Shown here: positions 47,543-58,657 of the stretch, piece after piece | How the letters are laid out: each line of letters opens with the position of its first letter | Position numbering within the stretch: the first letter of the stretch is position 1 | From: an uncultured cyanobacterium | Lineage (GTDB): Bacteria; Cyanobacteriota; Cyanobacteriia; Cyanobacteriales; Cyanobacteriaceae | NCBI GenBank assembly: GCA_963710605.1 | Contig: CAVQBA010000004.1 | Coordinates: 960,001-1,024,000 of the forward strand | Direction of reading: 5' to 3' | Length of the DNA: 64,000 nt | Position numbers and translations under genes: made by a program | Notes under the pieces: generated by a model | The model's input: the letters and a program-made list of their open reading frames with translations, nothing else | Told to the model about the DNA's origin: nothing | Databases searched by the model: none

Positions 47543-50500
47543 ATGAATCGAAATGCTTTAGTTATTGGAATAAATAACTATCCTTTTTTGAAAAAAACCA
47601 ATGGACAAACAAACAATTTGACTACTCCAGCAACAGATGCTGAAGCGATCGCATCCTTATTAGAAAATCATGGTAACTTTAAAGTTAAACGATTACCAGA
47701 AGCTAGTATTGACGGCAAGCTACAGGTAGATCCGAATGGAACAGTTAACGCTAAAGAATTACAAAAAGAAATAAAAAATTTATTTTTACCAGAAAGTCAA
47801 CAAATTCCTGATACTGCCTTATTATTTTTTACTGGACATGGTTTGAGAAAAAAACAAGCAAAAAGATATAAAGGCTTTTTAGCAACGAGTGATTGTAATT
47901 TTAGTCAAGATAGATACGGTTTTTCACTACAAGTTTTAAGAGAAATATTAGAAAATAGTGATATTCTTCAACAAATAATCTGGTTAGATTGTTGTTATGC
48001 AGGAGAATTACTTAATTTTGAGGAAGCAAATCCAGAAGAAAAAGGAAGAGCGAGAGATCGTTTTTTTGTAAGTGCATCTGCTGATTTTGAAGAGGCGTAT
48101 CAGCTTTTAAATAAAAAATCAGGAGCTTTAAGTAGTGTCTTATTAAGAGGACTCAATCCTCGACAAAAAAAGCAACAACAATGGATTAATAATTTTTTCG
48201 TAGCTGATTTTATTTGTGAAGAATTTCAAACAAATCCTCAACTCAAAAATTTACCTCAAAGACCTGTTTGTCATAACTATGGAGGAATAATTCAACTTAT
48301 TCAAGGAGAAAAAATAGACGAAGAAATAAAAATTGATACATTAATTTCATCATCTCAAAAAACACAACAAAAATTGACTGTTGAGTTGATGTATAAGCAT
48401 TTTGAAAGAGTCAAAGCTATTGCTGGAACACGCTATACTCCCGAAATTAATGTTGATTTGCCAGAAGCTAGAATCTTTGAAGCTTTAGGTACAACAGATG
48501 TTTTCTTCAACAAAATTAACAATTTATATTCTCAGCTATATCATAAGTGGAAAAAGATTAAGATATTACCACAATCATTACAACAATTTATTTATATAAT
48601 CAATTTAAGAAATAATCTAGAAAATGATATCAAACCATTAATCAATATTTTGAAAAAAATACCAGAAAGAGATACGTTAATTATAGATTTTGACTCTATG
48701 GTTTCTTATTCAAAGAAAATTTCTGAGTATGATATTTTTGATTTAATTTATCCAGATAATATTAACCAAATAAAAAAATCAAAAGATAACAATAATGATG
48801 ATTTAAATAGAGCTTTAAATTATATTTATAATGATGTTTCCAAGCTCAAAACATTAGTAACCGAAATTTATCAACTTGTCATAAATGAAGTAGCGGCTTG
48901 TCATAACAGAAAACTTCTACTTATTGGAGAAGCGGGTACAGGTAAAACTCATCTCTTGTGTGATATTGCTAAACATCGTCTTGATAAATCACTCCCAACA
49001 ATAATTTTATTAGGACAACATTTTACTCAAGGTAATCCTTGGACTCAGATTATCAACCGATTCAATCTTTCGTTTCAAAATCAAGATGAATTCTTAGAAG
49101 CATTGGAAACTAGTGCAAAAAGTTGTGGTAGTCGAGCAATGATTTTGATTGATGCTCTTAATGAAACTACTGATAAAGGTTTATGGAAAAATGAATTAGC
49201 GGGGATGTTAACAGATTTAGATAACTATCCAAATATTTGTATTGCTGTCAGTTGTCGAACTTCATACGAGAAAGCAACAATTCCCGAAGAACTTGTTCCA
49301 GAAAAATTAGTTAAAGTTAAACATCATGGGTTTGAAAATCACGAATATATTGCAACAAAAACCTTTTTTAATCATTATGGAATTGAGCTTCCCAATGTAC
49401 CTTTACTAGTTCCAGAGTTTTCTAACCCACTTTTTTTGAAAACACTTTGTCAAGGTCTTAACAAGAAAAAATTAACCCGAATACCCAAAGGTTGTAAAGG
49501 AATTACTGCTATTTTAAATTTGTTTATAGATTCAGTTCATAATACTTTATCTGAACGACTTAATTATGACGAAAAAGATAATTTAGTGAAAAAAGCGTTA
49601 CAAGCTCTAGCTTTAACTATGGCAGACAATGGAGAAACTTGGATAGAAAGAAAAAAAGCACGAACTATTGTTAATTCGTTTTTACCGATAAGCAATAGTA
49701 ATTTTTCACAGAGTTTATTTAGTAATCTAATCGCTGAAGGATTATTATCAGAAGATTTACATTATTCTTCTTCAGAAGATATATACGAAGATGAGCAAGA
49801 AATTCATATTATTAGATTTCCTTACGAAAAATTTAGCGATCATTTAATTGTTCGTTATTTACTGCAAAAATACTTTGATAAAAATAATCCTGAGAAATCA
49901 CTAGAAAAAAATAACTCATTAGGAAAACTAATACAAAATAAATGGAACATATTTAACAAAGCTGGTTTATTTGAAGCTTTGTGCGTTCAAATACCCGAAT
50001 TAATTGGCAAAGAATTAATGGAATTAACATCATGGAATGTATTGTATTTTGAACGTCCATTTCTACAAAGTATTATTTGGCGTAATCCAAAGACAATCAC
50101 TCAAAAAACCAAAGATTATCTTAATGAAATATTTAAGGAAGAGGGAACAGAAGAAAAAGTTTATGAGCTTTTACTTACAGTTGCAACTGAACCAAACCAT
50201 CCTCTAAATGCCAAGTATCTGCATAAACATCTTCTCAACATGAATATGTCAGATAGAGATGCTATTTGGTCTGTTTATCTCTATTATCAATATGGAGAAA
50301 AAACGATTGTCGATCGTTTAGTTGAATGGGCATGGGATGCAGAAAAAGCTCATATTTGCGATGAGTCGATCGAACTTTATGCGATCGCTTTAACATGGTT
50401 TTTGACAACATCCGATCGTTTTCTTCGCGATCGAGCTACCAAAGCTTTAGTTTCAATGCTACATCCTAGACCTCTTGTTTTAGTGAAAGTGATTGAACAA

Positions 50501-52559
50501 TTTTTAGAAGTTAACGATCTTTATGTTTTAGAGCGTTTATATGCTGTTGCTTATGGCGTAGCGATGCTAAGTGAAAATTATCAAGAAGTAGGAGATCTAG
50601 CTCATAAAGTATATGAGTGGGTATTTAAAGATGAAAAACCACCAACACATATTCTTTTACGTGATTATGCTAGTGGAGTCATTGAAGTAGCAAATAATCT
50701 TGGGGCTTTATCAACCAATATAGATATGGAGAAAACCTCACCTCCTTATCAAAGTGATTGGGAACTAGATATTCCGACACAAGAGGAGCTAGAGCTATAT
50801 ATTAAACTAATTAAGCTTTGTTTTGATAATAGTATAACAAAACTAATATTACTATCCCTTCTTCAATCGTGGGATCTTAATTGCTTAATGATTTATTGGT
50901 TAAATTTTTGGTTGATAATCACTTTAAGAACAACTGATAGTGAATATCATCAACATCCTAAATATGCTTTAGACTTAGTCCAAAGATCTGTTCTTAATGA
51001 TGACCCTGTAATGGGAGGTGACTTTTCTATATATGTGATAGATTATTGTACCAATAATTGGTTTTCTCGCAGAATAAATCAACCCAAGGAATTAACTAAA
51101 AAAGAAAAATATGAGCAGTTTATTGACTCTCTTACTGATAAACAAAAACAAGCATGGAAAAAATATACGATAGCACGAGAAAACGTGAACTACTATGAAA
51201 CATTAGATCGAGAAGGTCGTATAGAATGCTTTGGAGAAGAATATTCAGATGAAAAATTAGTAGAGGCATTAGAATTTAAGAAATCATTATTTTTAAAGAC
51301 AATTGGTAAAAAGAAAACAGACATTTTTCTAAGTTATGTTCTGGATTATTTAGAAAATTCACGAGAAGAAAATATAGATATTTTTGATTCTTCCTTCGCA
51401 AAACGATGGATTCTTAAGCGGGTATTCGAATTAGGCTGGACGATCGAACAATTTGGCTTTTTCGATCGACACTGTTCCAGTCAAATGTCGTATTGCTAAT
51501 AAACCAGAGCGTATAGGTAAAAAATATCAATGGATTGCTTTTCATGAGTTTTTAGCACATATGGCGGATAATTTAGAGTTTAGAGAATCTTATTTATCCG
51601 ATAAAGTATCTGTTTATCAAGGTACTTGGCAAATTAGTGTAAGAGATATCGACCCATCTTTTTTATTGAAAAAAATTCCAGAATCTTCAATAAACCAAGT
51701 TAGATGGTTGACACCTGTTCACCACGAATTTAAGCATTGTATTAATGAAAAAGAACAAATAGATTGGATAACCAAAAAAAATGATTACCCCGATCCTTTA
51801 CAATTGATTGAATTAAATAATCCTGACGATAATAAACACTGGTTAACGTTAGAAGGTTTTTACCGATGGATGGAAAAAGAACCTTTAGAAGAAAAAATTT
51901 ATGAGAATCCTCGCAGAGAAATTTGGTATCAAATCAAAAGCTATATTGTTCGTAGTGAAAATGTAGATGAATTAGTTGAATGGTTAAAAGATAAAAATTT
52001 TGAAGGTAGATGGATGCCAGAATCACATCATATATCTAATGTTTCTGATGCTTTTTTGGGTGAATTTCCTTGGTCTGTATCTTGTCAAGAAGTAAATCAA
52101 ATCAATGATTGGACTCAATACACTAGTTCTCAAGAAGAATTACCACACCCAGTTTTAGTAACAACAACAGAATATATGAGTGAGGAAGGTGGATTTGATT
52201 GTTCGATTGATGAGACAATATCAGCTTTGATACCATCTAGTTGGCTAATAAAGAATATGGGATTAAAATGCTCCAGGAAAAAATTTGATTTTGTCGATTC
52301 AGATAACGAATTAACTGCTTTTACTCCATTAGGTGAACGACTTCCTAAAAATTGTCTGATCTCTAAAGAAAAATTGGCTCGTTTTCTGTTAGAAAATAAT
52401 TTAGAGATTATCTGGACATTATTGGGTGAGCGTCAACTTATTGGTGGCGAATTTGGTAAATGGAAAGGACGTATGGAAATTTCAGGAGTATATCAACTAA
52501 AAAATGGTTCAGTAACTCAAATAAAACTGAATAATTGGCATAACAAACCAAAAGAATAA
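47543..52559 (+). CDS. Caspase (peptidase C14) fused to an Avs2-like STAND NTPase, one frameshift
   Basis: ALVIGINNY, FTGHG, WLDCCYAG; RYTPEINV, GEAGTGKTHLLCD, LIDALNE, LRDRATKAL; ERIGKKYQWIA lies in the second ORF after a frameshift at ~51483. Confidence 0.8.
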
Positions 52560-52601
52560 AAGATTGGAGAATTGCAACGAATTAATTTTAAACGATCGAT
52601 T

Positions 52602-54287
52602 TTAACTTGCTTCACTCTCCTCAGGATTATTTTCACTCTGTAACTTTCTTAATCCTTGATTGGCAATATCCGCACTCAATCCCCATAAAAATAAACCTAA
52701 ATAATCATATAATCCATTAACTCCAAAAGTTGCTCCTGCGTTTACATATAAAGTTTGTAATCCTAATAATACTAAAAGAATCAAGAAAACTAACCATAAA
52801 AGAGGACGAATTAACCAATAACGCACTTCTGCATTGAGAGTTTGAATACCAGATAATGCCGCTAAAAGTTTTGCCAACCAATTCCAACGATGACCGCCAG
52901 GAAGTCTAGGTTTTGGTAAAGCTTGAAAAGCCTCAATTAACTGATTACTATTTTCACGAAAGCTATCTAATAAAGGTTGAATAATATCATCACCTATTCC
53001 CATTGAACCATCTGCTTGTGCTTCTCTTAATTTGTCCTCAACTTCATTACTTAATTGTTGTGCTTGTTCGAGATTACCATTGATTAATGACTCTCTAGCT
53101 TCGTTGATTTTAGGATTTAATAATGCTTTGAGTGCATCTAATTCATTTAATTTAGTTTCTAAAGCTTCTAAGTTACTTGAAAAACTAACGATGATATCAA
53201 GCTTCTTCAATTCTTGTTCTACTATTTCTTCTGTTTCTTCTCCTCGATCGATTTTCTGTTTTAATGCTTGAAATTGTGGCTCTAAATAATTCAAAACATC
53301 TTCATTATTAATACTGACTGCTTTACCACGCAATTGAGCGTAACGAGGATAAAGGTTAACCTGTTTTTGTGCTTTAGGACTTTCCATATCCTGTGATAGT
53401 CTTCCTACCAGAATACCCAAAATAATCACAATTAAAGCCCAAATAGGTGCATCACGTACTGCTATAGTTGTATTAACCTTGAGGGGTTCATCAGCATTTT
53501 CTAACTTAAATCTTAAAGTACCCTGATAAAAGTCTGCGGAAAGTTGATTGCGATTAATTATTAACTCAATATCTCCAATATCTTGAGTTTCCAAAGTTGG
53601 ATTAAGAACAGTTAGAGATATTTCACTACTATTTACTGAATTACCTGTTTTTTCCCCTTGCATGACTACCTTCGCATCAGTAATTTGAACAGGAATTAAA
53701 GTTTCATTATCTAGCTGTACTATCCATTGATTCTTTGTCACGCTATCTGGTAATAACAAAGTGGCTAATCCACAACTAATAGGGTTATGACAACGAACTA
53801 CTTGAAAGTTTAAGTTGTCAGTAACAGGAGCAACATTAGGTTCGGCATCAATATCTAATTGCAAAGGGATTTCTAAAGGTTCAACATCCGTTTGTCCTGA
53901 AACTATAAACTGAATATTACCTTGATATTTACCTGGATGAATAATATTATTTATAGTAACTCGTACATCACGAGGTTGTCCTTTACTTAAACTTGTTCCT
54001 GTTGGAATGTTGATTTGGCTACGATCGATCTTGATACTGTCATCATTTACTTTAGTAAGATCAGAGGGGAGTATTTGCAAATCCTTAACTTCACCATCAG
54101 TTAATGTCAGCCTTACGTTACCACTAAAAGAAGTCGTTTCCTGATCTAATGTTCCTTTTATAATTAAAGGATTATCTTGCTTATCAACTATCAAACTAGG
54201 TAATTCCTGAGCTAAAACTTGAGATGAACTAAATATAATGACAACAAAGCTAATAACTAAAGTAAAACGCAACAATAACTTTCCCAT
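52602..54287 (-). CDS. Secreted/membrane protein of unknown function
   Basis: Signal peptide (..QVLA), two beta-rich repeats (PGKYQGNIQF / ADFYQGTLRF), TM, coiled coil, two C-terminal hydrophobic segments. Confidence 0.75.
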   Translation of the reverse strand: MGKLLLRFTLVISFVVIIFSSSQVLAQELPSLIVDKQDNPLIIKGTLDQETTSFSGNVRLTLTDGEVKDLQILPSDLTKVNDDSIKIDRSQINIPTGTSLSKGQPRDVRVTINNIIHPGKYQGNIQFIVSGQTDVEPLEIPLQLDIDAEPNVAPVTDNLNFQVVRCHNPISCGLATLLLPDSVTKNQWIVQLDNETLIPVQITDAKVVMQGEKTGNSVNSSEISLTVLNPTLETQDIGDIELIINRNQLSADFYQGTLRFKLENADEPLKVNTTIAVRDAPIWALIVIILGILVGRLSQDMESPKAQKQVNLYPRYAQLRGKAVSINNEDVLNYLEPQFQALKQKIDRGEETEEIVEQELKKLDIIVSFSSNLEALETKLNELDALKALLNPKINEARESLINGNLEQAQQLSNEVEDKLREAQADGSMGIGDDIIQPLLDSFRENSNQLIEAFQALPKPRLPGGHRWNWLAKLLAALSGIQTLNAEVRYWLIRPLLWLVFLILLVLLGLQTLYVNAGATFGVNGLYDYLGLFLWGLSADIANQGLRKLQSENNPEESEAS

Positions 54288-54417
54288 AGGAGATCGAGTT
54301 ATATTAATTTGTCCAATAGAATCATAGCAATTCTAGCAATCAGATGAAAAAACTTTTTCTTGTTCTACAAGTTCTTTGAATAAAAATGCCTAAGAAGTAG
54401 GATTTTCTATTTTTGAG

Positions 54418-57400
54418 TTAACCACACACAGGTTGAGCTAATTTTACATCAGCAGAAGCAAATAAGCTGTAAGCTAATCCTCTGGGGTCTAAATGTTCTC
54501 GTAATAAGCTGTGACGAGATTTAAATAAGGCTTCTCCTGCGGGATTTTGCTGTAAGAAGGATTGGAAAAAGTTAACCATAAAAGCATTCGCTAACATTTC
54601 TTTTACTTCACATTGCGTACCAATCACTCCAGCCGCACCTCAATCGCAGAAAAATTGTAGTAAATTCTCAAAATTATCAGGGGTATAATCAGCAGTGTCA
54701 CAAGCATTGAGAACAATTAAAGGTTGATGCTGGTCAAATTTCATATCCCATGCATCTAAATCTATTAACTGTATTTTATCACCATTACCAATAGTCAAAA
54801 AAGGACTATCATCAAATTCATCTATGCCTCCATGAGTATAAAAGTATAAAATATCTGCTGGAGTAGTACCATAATTTTTAATCATTTGTTTGAAGCTATC
54901 ACGGCTATCAATTCGCAGAAATTCTAGTTGTTTTGCTGAGGCTAATTTTCCTAATTCTTCCCAATGATGAGCTAATCGTTTAAAGTTGTTAAAGACAGTT
55001 GCATTAACTAATAACGGTAAATTATTACGAATAAATAAGGGTAAGGAATTTTTTGGTAAAGGTTTATGGGGTTCAAGTTTACAAGGTAATTGCTCGATAA
55101 TATAACGATAGCCCCAAAAACTATGAGGACAAACGGTTATTTCTTCCTCATCTGTACCATAACTAGGACAATCTTCAGGATTGGCACCATGTTGATGCCA
55201 ATTAGGACAAAGTTTAGTAACTCCCTCTTGATAAGACTCTATTTTTCGTTCATAAAGTAATTCCCAAGGTACACCTAAAGCACTAGATAAAGGAGCAACT
55301 TGAATTACTGTTTCGGGTTTTAAATCTACATTTAATCTTTGTCTGTCATCATGAATATCTTCTTGATAATCTAATCCCGGTAGTAAAGCTAAATAGAATT
55401 TTCTACCAATAACTGCTAATTCTCCTAAATGTTTAGTTAAAACTGCTTCTGTACTGCCTAATGTTCCTGAATAGGCGTTCATCGTTTGACATAATTGTTT
55501 ACGTATTACTGTTAAGGCTTTGGTTAATTTAGCGTCGGTTAAGGTTGATTGTTGAAAGCCTAAATCTGTTCCTTCTGTATCATAAAAGCGAAGTCCAATG
55601 CGATTATAGTCTATATCTCTTTCAGCGACAATCGTTAATTTACGAGGTTTATCTTGAAGAGGTTTTAAATCTTCAGTGCTTAAAGAGACAGCACGAGTCC
55701 AAGTTACATAAGCATCTTGCACAGGAAATGCTGATTCTGGTGGTTCATCTTCTGCATTTTCTACCACATCAATTTCTATTCTTTTTGATTGTAATAAATG
55801 CCCTTGTAAAAGTAGGTCTATATCAATACTATGTCTTCCTGTACGAGTAAAGGTTAAATCAAAAAAGATATATTCACTATCTCCTTTGGGAGGAAGTTTT
55901 AGTTTTTGAATTGGTGAATCTATTTCTACATCAAAAGAATTAACAACTACATCTAAATCTAAATATTCTTTATCTTCAAATAAGGTTTTTATTGATTCAT
56001 CTGGAAAGGTAACGTTAGGGTTTCCTATTCCCCAAAATTTACCAATATTAATTTTTAGATAATACTTTTTGGTATTTAGTTTCAATGGTTGATGAGTTGA
56101 GATATTTTTTTTCTCATTCAGTAAACAAAAACCACAATTTAGATAACGTTTTTCAAAAGAAAACGATTTATCTTTATTTGATAATTGTTGCTTAATTGCG
56201 TTATTAAGAATTCTATTTTCAGAAATATCATTTTCAGTAATGTGACCTGAATCTAAACAATTGGAAATAGCATTACTAACCTCATCCTTAAATGAATATC
56301 TTTGCACAATTCGCACATAAGACACTGCTTTACAACCCTTGGACCAAGACATGACTAAAGTATCGAAAATATCTTTAGCTTTTAAGGCTCTTTCTTCTTC
56401 GTATTTAAAATAAACTCCTTGGTTAAGGTTAAAGAGTAATTCCATCGAAATCCCCGTATCAATCCATTGTTGAATTGTGGCGATCGCTTTTACTACTTCA
56501 TCTTGATGCAAATTTTTATTTTCTTGATAAAACCAATATTTATCACTAATATAAGGAGGTGCGATCGCTACTGTTCCTGTTGCCCACTTATCATAGAAAA
56601 ATCTACTATATACAGGTAAGACACTTGCTGTACATCCTTGAACCAAAGAAGAAGATGTATTAGGTGCGATCGCAGTTATATGTGAGTTACGTATTCCGTG
56701 TTGTTGAATATCTAATGATAATTGTTGCCAACGAGATGTATTGTAAGCGTTTTGCTCGAACCATTCCACAGGCTTACAACCAATTAATAAACCTTTACTC
56801 CAATCGCTATTTTCAAAGGCAGGATAAGCACCTCTTTCTTGAGATAGCTTCATAGAAGCATGAGTACAATAATAACCAATATCTTCAAATAAGTTACTAA
56901 TTTGATTGAGGTTGTTGTATCTTAATTGACGTTTGGCTAACCAATCGGCTAACCCCATCGCACCAACACCAATGGTACGATAACGATCGTTATGAGATGC
57001 GGCATCTTCAAAAGGAGGTTGAGTAATTTCGATCGTATTATCTAAAATTCTCACGGCTAAATTACAGACAGATTCAATTATTTGATCATCCACATTAGCT
57101 AAATTGAGCGATACTAAATTACAACAATGAGCATATTTACCAGGGGTAACATTAGAAAAAGATTCGGTACATAAATTGACACCAGGAATATAACCATCAT
57201 GTTTATTTGGATTAGCTCGATTAATGGCATCTTTAAAAGCTAAGTAAGGCATTCCTGTCTCTACTTGTGCTTTCATTATTTCTTTGAATAATTCTCTAGC
57301 ACTTACTTTTTTGTAGAGTTTGATTCTGGTATCTATACTTGCTTCAATTACAGAGTAAGCCTCTTCAAATTCTTTACCCCATAAAGGTGCTAAATCGATA

Positions 57401-58567
57401 CCTAAGTTCTGTTGTACTTCATAAGGATCGATTAAAGTCCATTCTTGCCTATTTTGTACCCGACGCATAAATTCATCGGCGATAACTAGTTGAGGAAAGA
57501 CATCGTAGGCTTTACGACGTTGGTCGCCATTTTCGGTTTGCATTTCCAAAAATTCGGGTACATCTAAATGCCAAATATCTAAACCGACGGTAACTGCCCC
57601 TGCTCGTCTTCCTCCTTGATTAACAGCAATAGCTGTATCGTTGAGTAATTTAATCCAAGGTATTACACCACCTGAAGCGTTGTTTTTACCCATTACAGCA
57701 CTGCCTGTGGCACGTATTCTGGATACATTAACTCCTACTCCACCACCATTTTTAGAAATACGAGCGGTGTTAGTTATTTCTCGGAAAATACTTTCTAAGT
57801 TGTCGTCAATACTCACAATAAAACAACTTGTCAATGAGCCATTTGGTACTCTTAAGTTCGCCAAAATCGGTGTAGCTAAAGAAATACGACGAGATGCGAT
57901 CGCTTCGTAAAATTGACGAGCATAATGTAATCTCTCTTCAGGTGCCTCTACCATCGCTAATAATAAAGCACAAGTTAAAAACGCTTCTTGAGGTAACTCA
58001 TCATCAAGTAAATAACGATTAGTTAGTAAAACTGCCCCTGCGTAGTCATAATCTAAATCCCAGTCAGAATTAATCCAACTACCCGCTTCTTCTAATTCTG
58101 CGGTTGAATAAGTTAAAATACGATCGTCATATTTACCTTGAGCAACAAAGTCACTTACTGTTTGTACATAATTACCGTAGTTATAACCCCGACTAACTAA
58201 AATTTCTTTCCACAAACTCCAAATATATAAACGCCCAGCTACATAACGCCAATCTGGTTGCTCCAGAATCACATAATTCTAAAGCACAGTTGATTAAATT
58301 ATCTTGAATTTCTCTAGTCGTAATTCCATGACGTAAACGAGTTTTCAAACCCGATTCTAAAGCAATTGAATTAACTTCTTTGGGGTAACAAGCCCAATCA
58401 ACAACTTTTCTGATTTTACTAATGTCTAAAGGAGCAAATTGACCACTTCTTTTGATTACTTGAATTTGCTTAGGTAATTTTTCGTATCGTAACTTATCTA
58501 GATTATGCTTTACATTATCATCTATAAAAGTTTTTTTTTCTTGAACTTGATTTTTAGATGAACTCAT
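54418..58567 (-). CDS. ATP cone-ribonucleotide reductase alpha (class I)-CHAT protease fusion (one frameshift, one in-frame stop)
   Basis: ATP cone VIKRSG..ITTREIQ; RNR motifs LTSCF, NQGGRRAGA, NLCTE, CCNLVS, APNTSSS; CHAT motifs VPWELLY, YFYTHGG, LNACDT, VIGTQ. RNR and CHAT lie in one uninterrupted 1210-aa ORF. Confidence 0.88.
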
Positions 58568-58657
58568 GAAATTGATACATAAATAATTGTAATAAAATAA
58601 ATGCTTAAAATTTAGTTATAACAGTACATACTATAAAAAATCAGAATATTTATATTT

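Noticed and set aside
55900-56290. Intein as the explanation for the extra sequence on the RNR
   Set aside because: The extension is C-terminal rather than internal, lacks intein splice-junction and homing-endonuclease motifs, and matches the neighbouring CHAT gene.
56290-58567. Calling this the housekeeping nrdA
   Set aside because: It is inside transposon cargo, fused to CHAT, lacks the YY dyad and C-terminal CxxC, and has no beta-subunit gene nearby.
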